In this document: positions 57,636-64,000 of the stretch, piece after piece | Position numbering within the stretch: the stretch's first letter is position 1 | Layout of the letters: every line of letters starts with the position of its first letter | IMG/VR virus record: IMGVR_UViG_3300024262_000019 | Location: 46,163 to 110,162 of that record | Origin: a virus | Reading direction: 5' to 3' (one strand) | DNA: 64,000 nucleotides | Notes under the pieces: generated by a model | The model's input: only the letters and a program-made list of their open reading frames with translations | What the model was told of the DNA's origin: nothing | The model's database searches: none | Made by a program: the position numbers and the translations under genes

Positions 57636-58253
57636 TCAAACCAGGCTTAGCTGGCCATTCTTCACGAAGGTAATTGTACTTTCAGGAATAGCCCTGATCG
57701 CATCCCTGAACTCTCGCCTTAGACGATCTCTCGTCTTCTCATCCTTAAGCTTCACCTCATCGAAAAACATAGCCCCTGAAGTTTCGATAACTTCATCATT
57801 CAAAGTAATGAGCGTAGCCGGGCTGTGGCGTTCTTCGTTGAGGAAAAAATCCAATGCATCAGTGAAGTACATCTTCCTAGATCCATCAACGAAAGGCTTT
57901 ACCAATCCTAAGACCTCGGCAGCCATAAGTAGCTTAGAATTGAATTCCGAACATATCTCTCTTTCGATAGCCGGTATATTCTCTATGGGATTATGCTTGT
58001 TTACAAGGATAACACTCTTAGATTTCGACATAGCCCTAAGCAGATCTAACATCGCCATCATCAGCTTCTCGTTGATCGAAAACGTCACTTCCTTCTTGAG
58101 CACCTGAGCGCAGCATGGGCAGGTGCGCAAGCGCTTGCGTTCGTCTCGATCCATAACGGTAGCTTCGATATAGGGACGCTTACCGAGAGCCTCCAGGAGG
58201 CCATCGGCCTTGTCCTCCTGGACTTGCAGGATGATGGTGCGAGTTGATGTCAA
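57636..58253 (-). CDS. Hypothetical protein with CPCC motif
   Basis: 205-aa coupled ORF. Confidence 0.55.
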   Translation of the reverse strand: MTSTRTIILQVQEDKADGLLEALGKRPYIEATVMDRDERKRLRTCPCCAQVLKKEVTFSINEKLMMAMLDLLRAMSKSKSVILVNKHNPIENIPAIEREICSEFNSKLLMAAEVLGLVKPFVDGSRKMYFTDALDFFLNEERHSPATLITLNDEVIETSGAMFFDEVKLKDEKTRDRLRREFRDAIRAIPESTITFVKNGQLSLV

Positions 58254-58540
58254 TTGATGCCGCCCGGCGGCATGGCGGCTATCTGAGGGGCTCCAGGCAT
58301 GTCCTCCTCATCAACCTGCAGCTGATCGATCATGGCCTTATACTCAGCCTTATCCGGCAGCTGAGACACCTGAGTCAAGATCAACAGAAGTATGAAGAAC
58401 AAGGTTCCGGTTCCAATGTAGCTAAACCAGTCTGGACCATCGCCTGCCAGTCCGACCGTGGCAACCACCAAAAGTCCCATCAGTGCGATAACTCCAATAC
58501 CTCGTAACATTGCTGAGGACGCTATCCGTGAGATCTTCAA
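58250..58540 (-). CDS. Two-TM membrane protein
   Basis: Two hydrophobic segments. Confidence 0.55.
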   Translation of the reverse strand: MKISRIASSAMLRGIGVIALMGLLVVATVGLAGDGPDWFSYIGTGTLFFILLLILTQVSQLPDKAEYKAMIDQLQVDEEDMPGAPQIAAMPPGGIN

Positions 58541-58552
58541 TTGTCTAGGGCC

Positions 58553-58598
58553 AAAAAAAGAAAAGCCGGTGATTCCAGGGGAGGAGGAATCACCGGCT
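58553..58598 (-). terminator. Intrinsic terminator
   Basis: AGCCGGTGATTCC...GGAATCACCGGCT followed by TTTCTTTTTTT. Confidence 0.8.
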
Positions 58599-58620
58599 CA
58601 AGCATTTATTTGATCTTCAA

Positions 58621-58947
58621 CTAGCCAGCAAGGCTCATAGAGACATGCTTCTGAGGGCTTGCTGGGTTTGGCATATGGGCAATGTACTGCCCAATCCTCG
58701 CACACCGATGGCACTCGACCAGGTGATCGCTCTCCAGATCTGAGATCTTACTAGCATCTCCGATCTCAATGAGAGTGCGAGAGTCAATGCATAGAGAAGT
58801 AGGCGGAGCTTCTGCCAACTTGCGCAGATCTTTCACCGCTTGGCTGCATCCAGCGCCTTCCTTGCAGCACTGGCTTACCCAGAAGACTTCGTCTTCCGAG
58901 GCAACGCCTAGAGCCACTCGGGCTATCAGTACTCGTGTGTATTGCAT
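58621..58947 (-). CDS. Small Cys/His protein (start MQYTRV), anti-sigma zinc-finger-like motif
   Basis: GGAGGA RBS before the ATG near 58947; HLVECHRC. Confidence 0.5.
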   Translation of the reverse strand: MQYTRVLIARVALGVASEDEVFWVSQCCKEGAGCSQAVKDLRKLAEAPPTSLCIDSRTLIEIGDASKISDLESDHLVECHRCARIGQYIAHMPNPASPQKHVSMSLAG

Positions 58948-59223
58948 TTTCGTTCCTCCGCTAACCGGTAATGTTGCGATGGTTAATGTGTCAATTATAA
59001 GATCTGGACGATAAAAAGCAAGTGCTGTCGCGACTGTAAGGCGCAATACCTCCACTGAGAGGTAATACGGTGTGTGCAATTGTCCAGGTCGGCTATGTGA
59101 ACTATTAAGCAAAGCTTAAGGGTTCAGGCCAACACGCCTCGTTGAAACTGGAAGGGCATGTTGGCTTGACTGTAAAAGTCTCCTCCAACTCTGAGGCGAA
59201 AGTTGGAGGAGACACCTCTGAGG

Positions 59224-59252
59224 TTGACTATGTGAAAATGCTTTCGTAGAAT
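59224..59252 (+). promoter_or_regulatory. Sigma70 promoter of the tRNA array
   Basis: TTGACT-N17-TAGAAT, 6 nt before tRNA-Met. Confidence 0.8.
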
Positions 59253-59257
59253 GGTCG

Positions 59258-59334
<77 letters not shown>

Positions 59335-59354
59335 ATTTCAACCCAAAGAACACA

Positions 59355-59531
59355 ATGTCCTCCTTATCCATCAAACATACGCAACCCACCGCCAAGAGCA
59401 CAAGCTCATGGCAACTGGGGAATATTGTGTCGTGTCTGAATGCGGTAGTCGGCTTGGAAACAGAGTATCTCTTTGGACTTAGCACCCAGGCCCGCGCAAA
59501 TGATCCGAAGCAAAGGGTGGCTTTCACATAA
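59355..59531 (+). CDS. 58-aa putative leader peptide
   Basis: MSSLSIKHTQPTAKSTSSWQLGNIVSCLNAVVGLETEYLFGLSTQARANDPKQRVAFT; the last codons overlap the antiterminator arm; SD is weak. Confidence 0.55.
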   Translation: MSSLSIKHTQPTAKSTSSWQLGNIVSCLNAVVGLETEYLFGLSTQARANDPKQRVAFT

Positions 59532-59589
59532 GTAACTAATCAAAATTACTTATAGATGAGCCACCCAGGGAAACCAGGGTGGCTTTTTT
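59515..59589 (+). terminator. Attenuator-like terminator with mutually exclusive antiterminator
   Basis: GAGCCACCC (59558-66) can pair with GGGTGGCTT at 59577 (terminator followed by a U-tract) or with GGGTGGCTT at 59515. Confidence 0.8.
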
Positions 59590-59596
59590 AGTTTCT

Positions 59597-59680
59597 GGGT
59601 GTGTTGGGCAGGCGGTGAGCCCACTTGACTGTAAATCAAACGCTTCGGCTTTAGTGGTTCGATTCCACTCACGCCCACCA
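59597..59680 (+). tRNA. tRNA-Tyr(GTA)
   Basis: CTGTAAA loop, long variable arm, GTTCGATTC, ACCA. Confidence 0.9.
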
Positions 59681-59743
59681 GAGAAAAAGGAAATGAAAAT
59701 GACAGAAACCAAACGAAAACATAGGCTTACTCCATATATTTAT

Positions 59744-59815
59744 GGGCCTATGGCGCAATGGTAGCGCATCTGACTTTTAATCAGGTGGTTCTCAGTTCGA
59801 ATCTGAGTGGGCCCA
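59744..59815 (+). tRNA. tRNA-Lys(TTT)
   Basis: TCTGA-CTTTTAA-TCAGG arm, GTTCGAATC. Confidence 0.9.
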
Positions 59816-59823
59816 CCGACTGA

Positions 59824-59897
59824 TCGGGGATCGTCTAACGGTAGGACGGTAGTTTCTGAAGCTGCTTACCAAGGTTCGAATCCTTGTCCCCGAACCA
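59824..59897 (+). tRNA. tRNA-Gln(CTG)
   Basis: TTCTGAA loop, GTTCGAATC, ACCA. Confidence 0.85.
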
Positions 59898-60045
59898 AGC
59901 TGAAGTATTTGTGACACGAGAGTTAGCCAATGGCTGCGAGGGTGAACGGTACTATCGGCAGAAAAAGACCTCACATCGGTGGGGCAAAAAGATCTGATAA
60001 TTGAATAGTTTACGATGCAGGGGCGTTAGCCGCGCCCCTTTTTAT

Positions 60046-60122
60046 GCCCCGATAGCTCAGACTGGTAGAGCAGTGGTTTGAAGAACCGCGTGTCGGCAGT
60101 TCAATTCTGTCTCGGGGCACCA
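60046..60122 (+). tRNA. tRNA-Phe(GAA)
   Basis: GCCCCGA/TCGGGGC acceptor stem, TTGAAGA loop, ACCA. Confidence 0.9.
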
Positions 60123-60126
60123 TTAT

Positions 60127-60194
60127 AGGCAGCGTTCTGGGAACAGATTGATCTCCAAAGTCGATCGCGCAGAGTTCGATTCTCTGGCTGCCTG
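60127..60194 (+). tRNA. tRNA-Trp(CCA), short D arm
   Basis: AGGCAGC/GCTGCCT acceptor stem, CTCCAAA loop, GTTCGATTC. Confidence 0.75.
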
Positions 60195-60199
60195 CAAAT

Positions 60200-60272
60200 G
60201 GGTTCATGGCGCAATTGGCAGCGCATCCGGTTCTTACCCGGCAGGTTGCGAGTTCGACTCTCGCTGAGCCCA
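60200..60272 (+). tRNA. tRNA-Lys(CTT)
   Basis: GGGTTCA/TGAGCCC acceptor stem, CCGG-TTCTTAC-CCGG arm. Confidence 0.85.
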
Positions 60273-60292
60273 CTAAATGATAGAGTGATCGC

Positions 60293-60478
60293 ATGTTCGG
60301 ATCACTCGTAGAAGAGATACGGTTAGAGACCGTGAAGAAGGACACAACCAACGCCCTCCCGGCCATCATGGATAGGGGACGAAAGATCGTCACTCACATG
60401 CAGCATAGCGGGCATTACACTCGCTCTCAGCTACGTAAGATGGGACTTGAACCTAAATGGAAGAAGAAAATCGGATGA
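60293..60478 (+). CDS. Small basic protein, candidate internal head protein
   Basis: N-terminus MFGSLVEEIRLE resembles that of 61064-61249. Confidence 0.55.
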   Translation: MFGSLVEEIRLETVKKDTTNALPAIMDRGRKIVTHMQHSGHYTRSQLRKMGLEPKWKKKIG

Positions 60479-60696
60479 AAGACCCAAGACCACAGGTCGG
60501 ACTCATGCTGGCTGACCATAATTGCCCAGGTGGGAATATCTGGATCTGGACAGATGACGACGGGAAGCCGTTCATGGCCAAGTGCAGCATGTGTGACCAG
60601 GAGATCAAAGTCATGCTCGATGTTCCCAGTAGTCCAATCCTTCATGTCGTTACCGAAGAGGAACGGATTCAGAAAATCAAGAGCATGGCTATCTAG
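60475..60696 (+). CDS. Small Zn-ribbon-like protein (start MKDPRP)
   Basis: ATGA overlap with the upstream ORF; HNC...CSMC. Confidence 0.5.
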   Translation: MKDPRPQVGLMLADHNCPGGNIWIWTDDDGKPFMAKCSMCDQEIKVMLDVPSSPILHVVTEEERIQKIKSMAI

Positions 60697-60785
60697 GAAG
60701 CGCTAGCCGACAGCTGGCGACGGCAACCGGCTCGAACCCGGTCGAGGCTTAATCGCCCTTAGGAGTTCGACCCTCCTCGCTTCCG
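60696..60785 (+). tRNA. tRNA-Ser(CGA)
   Basis: GGAAGCG/CGCTTCC acceptor stem, ACCGG-CTCGAAC-CCGGT arm, long variable arm. Confidence 0.88.
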
Positions 60786-61016
60786 CTACTCTTTAGCAGC
60801 TGGCATCACTGGCTTCTCATCGTCCTTGGCAGCCGGCATGGCGTCCATGGATACGGCAGGGCCAGCATCGGCTGGAGCGACAGGCATAGCGTCCATGAGG
60901 GTGGCAGGAGCTTCTACGGTAGGGGTAGCACTGGCTGCGTCATCTGTGACAGCCTTCTTCTGAGAGGAGCTGCAGCTGAGGGCGAGAATGGCCGTTAGGG
61001 CAAATAAGAATTTCAT
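60786..61016 (-). CDS. Small lipoprotein
   Basis: Signal peptide with lipobox LALSC, Ala/Pro-rich tail. Confidence 0.7.
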   Translation of the reverse strand: MKFLFALTAILALSCSSSQKKAVTDDAASATPTVEAPATLMDAMPVAPADAGPAVSMDAMPAAKDDEKPVMPAAKE

Positions 61017-61063
61017 GGAGAGCTTCTACCGCATAAGCGATAGATCTTGCAACCATCCACCAG

Positions 61064-61249
61064 CTAGCGCTCTTGAGCAGCCTTCTTGCCCTGCTGGCGA
61101 GTGGCCTTCTTCAGGGCCTTAAGGGCTGCCTGCTTCTCTCCAGGGGAAGTCATTCGACCTCGATAGCTGTGAGGCTGGCTGACTTTTGGTTGAGAGCCGC
61201 CACCCTGGGCAGACTCGACTCTGATGGCTTCAATCAACTGCTGGAACAT
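61064..61249 (-). CDS. Small basic protein, candidate internal head protein
   Basis: MFQQLIEAIRVE leader followed by a K/A/Q-rich body. Confidence 0.55.
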   Translation of the reverse strand: MFQQLIEAIRVESAQGGGSQPKVSQPHSYRGRMTSPGEKQAALKALKKATRQQGKKAAQER

Positions 61250-61278
61250 GCCAGCGACTCTACAACAATTTTATATTT

Positions 61279-61353
61279 GGTGCCGGAAGAGGCTGGGTCA
61301 TCGACTTCACTGTCTATGAAGTAAGGGGGGTTCAATTCCCCTCGGCACCGCCA
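61279..61353 (+). tRNA. tRNA-Asp(GTC)
   Basis: GGTGCCG/CGGCACC acceptor stem, CTTCA-CTGTCTA-TGAAG arm, GCCA. Confidence 0.82.
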
Positions 61354-61647
61354 ATTATTCACGAATATTCAGGTATAACGATCATCTGAAAACACGGTTA
61401 TGCATGAATATTCATGAATAACGATTGATCCAGGGTGGGACCTGGTGAGGCTATAGCCCGACACAATAGTCCTCTCACTGCAACTAACTCCTCAGTTGAT
61501 GTTGCACGGAGGGGTGAAGGTTGGGAGCGATTACGGAGCTGAGGGCAACGTAGCGCGTCTAGCTGGAGTTCTGAGGGGGATACCCCGTTGAGGAAAACCA
61601 AAACCCACGACCTGGCAGGGGTAACTCGGTCAGGTCGTTAAATTTTC

Positions 61648-61716
61648 GGGGTGAGCGGCGGGCCGCAGCCGATCCTTGCAAGATCAGCTTCCTGGGTTCA
61701 ACTCCCAGTCATTCCA
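61648..61716 (+). tRNA. tRNA-Ala(TGC), divergent
   Basis: G3:U70 pair, GATC-CTTGCAA-GATC arm, GTTCAACTC. Confidence 0.7.
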
Positions 61717-61720
61717 CTAC

Positions 61721-61794
61721 GGGGTTATCGTCCAACGGTAAGACACGGGTCTGGCAGACCTGGGATCAGAGTTCGATTCTCTGTAGCTCCACCA
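61721..61794 (+). tRNA. tRNA-Ala(GGC)
   Basis: G3:U70 pair, CTGGCAG loop, ACCA. Confidence 0.88.
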
Positions 61795-61824
61795 GCATTG
61801 ACAATAGGCGCCTAAGCGAATGAA

Positions 61825-62241
61825 ATGCGGACCATGGCTGACACAGACAAAACACTCACCAATACGATTCTTACGGCTGGCAAGGTCACTGCGAGTGGCA
61901 GTATCTACCCCAAGGAAGTCCTTGAGAAGGCCGTCCGTGAGTATGCTGAGAGGCCCGGCGACAGCTACGGTGGAGTAGAAGATGGCCTGCCACTCAGCCT
62001 GGGCAAGGTCACCCATAGAATCACGGATGTCAGAATGGACGGCGACGATGTGATCGCCTCGGCAGTCATCATGGACACGCCGGAAGGCATGAAGATTAAG
62101 GCGATGCTTGAGAATGGTGGGGATGATCGAATATCTCTCTCATCCAAGGGCTATGGCCGCACTGATGAGAATGGAACGATCGACAGGTTCAGCCTCGACT
62201 CCATCAACATCAGCTTAGATCCTGGAAAGGCAAGCCAATAG
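61825..62241 (+). CDS. Second, degenerate gp21-like prohead protease homolog
   Basis: IYPKEVLEKAV, KVTHRI, IMDTPEG..IKAML, LSSKGYG; the GELxHP motif is replaced by GGVEDG. Confidence 0.75.
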   Translation: MRTMADTDKTLTNTILTAGKVTASGSIYPKEVLEKAVREYAERPGDSYGGVEDGLPLSLGKVTHRITDVRMDGDDVIASAVIMDTPEGMKIKAMLENGGDDRISLSSKGYGRTDENGTIDRFSLDSINISLDPGKASQ

Positions 62242-62316
62242 CCGGCGATGGCACTTCTCTGCTAAAGAAGCGAGCCCGAAAGGGCCTTGCGAGTTCGACC
62301 CTCGTCCTTTCCGCCA
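62224..62316 (+). tRNA. tRNA-Ser(GCT)
   Basis: GGAAAGG/CCTTTCC acceptor stem, CTGCTAA loop, long variable arm, GCCA. Confidence 0.88.
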
Positions 62317-62344
62317 CGCAAGCGCTTGCGCAGATAACAATTTA

Positions 62345-62419
62345 CGGAGTGTAGGGTAGTGGTGACCCACTTGGTTTGGGACCAAGTCAACGCAGGTTCG
62401 AATCCTGTCACTCCGACCA
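62345..62419 (+). tRNA. tRNA-Pro(TGG)
   Basis: CGGAGTG/CACTCCG acceptor stem, CTTGG-TTTGGGA-CCAAG arm, ACCA. Confidence 0.9.
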
Positions 62420-62423
62420 ATTT

Positions 62424-62499
62424 GCGGCTGTAGCTCATCTGGTAGAGCGCTTCGTTGCCAACGAAGAGGTAGCGGGATCGTACCCCGCCAGCCGCTCCA
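62424..62499 (+). tRNA. tRNA-Gly(GCC)
   Basis: GCGGCTG/CAGCCGC acceptor stem, TTGCCAA loop, TCCA. Confidence 0.88.
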
Positions 62500-62504
62500 A
62501 TTAT

Positions 62505-62579
62505 GGCGAGTGTAGCTCAATGGTAGAGCATCCGGTTGTGGTCCGGACGACGAGGGATCGATACCCTTCACCCGCCCCA
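62505..62579 (+). tRNA. tRNA-His(GTG)
   Basis: G-1 and C73, TCCGG-TTGTGGT-CCGGA arm, CCCA. Confidence 0.88.
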
Positions 62580-62624
62580 ATTTATTGACAATGGGATTCA
62601 GATCTATAGAGTGGTCCGCTACCT

Positions 62625-62861
62625 ATGACTATAGATATCCCTATATGGATGGCAGCTGCGATATCTATCGTAGCCTTCTTTGGCTACATGGCTATAGGGC
62701 TGATCGTCACCCTTGAGACAGATCGTCTCAAAATGGGAAGTCTTGATGAGAAGTTCATCATCCCTATCCTGGTCACATGGCCAGTCACTATTCCCGTATT
62801 GCTCATGCTGGAAACCTGGGCCAAGAGGCGACGGGAAGAGAACAAGCTAAACGGACTATAA
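62625..62861 (+). CDS. Two-TM membrane protein
   Basis: Two hydrophobic segments; TTGACAAT promoter at 62585. Confidence 0.55.
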   Translation: MTIDIPIWMAAAISIVAFFGYMAIGLIVTLETDRLKMGSLDEKFIIPILVTWPVTIPVLLMLETWAKRRREENKLNGL

Positions 62862-62864
62862 TTT

Positions 62865-62892
62865 GCGGGTATCGTCTAACGGTAGGGCCTCG
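62865..62892 (+). pseudogene. 5' fragment of a tRNA-Gly-like gene
   Basis: GCGGGTA-TC-GTCTAACGGTAGGGC-CTC is an acceptor 5' strand plus D arm, with no anticodon or T arm following. Confidence 0.6.
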
Positions 62893-62916
62893 TAGGATCT
62901 GCTACCATACTCCTGT

Positions 62917-63648
62917 ATGGGAAATGGCAAATGTAAATACTGCGGCTTCGATCTCCCTGGGGGAAGGATGTCCGGGGCTCATATAACTAATTGCAGTGAA
63001 AATCCGAACCGTCATGCAATTCGTAAAAAGATAGCAAAGTCAGCAACGAAGAGGATCCCATTTACCCTGGACTGCAGCGTTTGTTATGAGCCATATGTAC
63101 AGGAGATCACGCCAAAGGCTCTAGAGAATGGTCGCTACAAGAAATGCTGTTCGCTTGTGTGCTCATCATCTATAGGACAGAGGGCCAGCAGAAGGAATAG
63201 GGAAGAGCTTGCCAAATTTGGTGTTGATGGTCGCCGGTGTGGCTGCGGGGAGAGGAAGGCTAGAAGATCTAAGAGCTGCCAGTTGTGCTCAAGGAAGAAA
63301 TTGCTAATTGCATCCTTGCAGGAAACGCTGGGGAGTCTCAAAGGTAAAGCCAAAGGTCGGGCTAGGCATATGTTCCAAGGTGTACGGAATAATGCCCATA
63401 GGGTTGTTGATATACTCAATGTTGGATCATTGAATTCATGTAGGAGGGCAGGGTGTGAATACAAGGTTCACGCCGAGCTTGCACATCTCAGGGATATATC
63501 AAGCTTCCCTGACTCAGCCATTCTTGGCGAGATCAACGATACTAAGAACCTGGCATTGCTATGCAGGAATTGTCACTGGGAATATGACAATGGTCTTATC
63601 GGAGACGGAGAGATTATATCGATTTTTGATATCGCTGGGGTGGTGTAA
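62917..63648 (+). CDS. HNH endonuclease with N-terminal Zn fingers
   Basis: ELAHLRDISSF...EINDTKNLALLCRNCHWEYD; several CxxC motifs. Confidence 0.85.
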   Translation: MGNGKCKYCGFDLPGGRMSGAHITNCSENPNRHAIRKKIAKSATKRIPFTLDCSVCYEPYVQEITPKALENGRYKKCCSLVCSSSIGQRASRRNREELAKFGVDGRRCGCGERKARRSKSCQLCSRKKLLIASLQETLGSLKGKAKGRARHMFQGVRNNAHRVVDILNVGSLNSCRRAGCEYKVHAELAHLRDISSFPDSAILGEINDTKNLALLCRNCHWEYDNGLIGDGEIISIFDIAGVV

Positions 63649-63704
63649 CGGCAACACGAGTGGCTTCCATCCACTTATCGAGGGTTCGAATCCCTTCCCC
63701 AGCT
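63634..63704 (+). tRNA. tRNA-Gly(TCC)
   Basis: GCTGGGG/CCCCAGC acceptor stem, AGTGG-CTTCCAT-CCACT arm, GTTCGAATC. Confidence 0.88.
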
Positions 63705-63742
63705 CTAATTGACAATAGGCCAACCGTAGCTACGGTAGCCTG

Positions 63743-64000
63743 ATGGAAAATACAGAAGCAGAAATTGTTCATCGGCCCGAGCTAACCATCAGGGAAGTCC
63801 TGGTCACATCGGAGGTTCCAGTGCGCGACAAATCATTTGAATTCGTCACTGGCGGTAGCCGGCTCATGAAGAAAGCCAGTTTCGCAGTGAACACTGAGAC
63901 CTGGGAATGCAAAGGTGAGGTCGCTGGAGAGATCTTTGCCGACGAGAAATGGTGGGCCGACCAATGTCAGCGAGTCTCAGACCGAGTTCGCGCCAGCATT
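63743..64000 (+). CDS. Hypothetical protein, runs off the window
   Basis: ATG at 63743 (MENTEAEIVHRPEL...) behind a TTGACAAT promoter at 63709. Confidence 0.45.
   Translation, partial: MENTEAEIVHRPELTIREVLVTSEVPVRDKSFEFVTGGSRLMKKASFAVNTETWECKGEVAGEIFADEKWWADQCQRVSDRVRASI

Noticed and set aside
59186-59202. CTGAGGCGAAA as a hammerhead ribozyme core
   Set aside because: Lacks the CUGANGA...GAAA spacing with stem II and the three-stem arrangement.
59908-60043. Possible second leader peptide + terminator (AGGGGCG/CGCCCCT-TTTT) before tRNA-Phe
   Set aside because: The terminator-like hairpin is real, but there are two competing short ORFs and I found no convincing antiterminator for its 5' arm.
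61648-61716. Reading this tRNA as Cys(GCA)
   Set aside because: The 7-nt loop CTTGCAA centres on TGC and the acceptor stem has G3:U70, so Ala is the better call.

Overview
A 64-kb slice of a large tailed-phage genome with T4-like (myovirus) morphogenesis genes, read in the standard genetic code. Bases 1-59,000 are almost entirely minus-strand. In window order they hold: (i) structural and packaging genes: tail sheath (partial), tail-completion and neck proteins, major capsid protein, fused prohead protease/scaffold, intein-containing portal, holin, and a TerL with two inteins; (ii) a block of three [small ORF + HipA/PI4K-like kinase-fold] pairs followed by a ParB-like gene; (iii) recombination/replication genes: SSB, RuvC, Cas4-like nuclease, RecA, a degenerate SF2 helicase, primase, intein-containing DnaB, a DnaC-like loader and an initiator with internal iterons; (iv) accessory genes: dual-specificity phosphatase, RlpA-like protein, ParB, GHKL ATPase and an IHF alpha/beta pair. 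From about 59,250 a plus-strand array of 16 tRNA genes is interleaved with small ORFs, a degenerate second prohead protease and an HNH gene. The IHF-beta motif hints at a deltaproteobacterial-type host (Myxococcota/Desulfobacterota); this is inference. The best candidates for undescribed biology are: the triplicated small-protein/kinase-pseudokinase module; a leader-peptide attenuator (mutually exclusive terminator and antiterminator) in front of the tRNA array; a canonical -1 frameshift signal in a head gene; and a dispersed 17-bp palindromic site. All calls come from reading motifs by eye; no searches were run.
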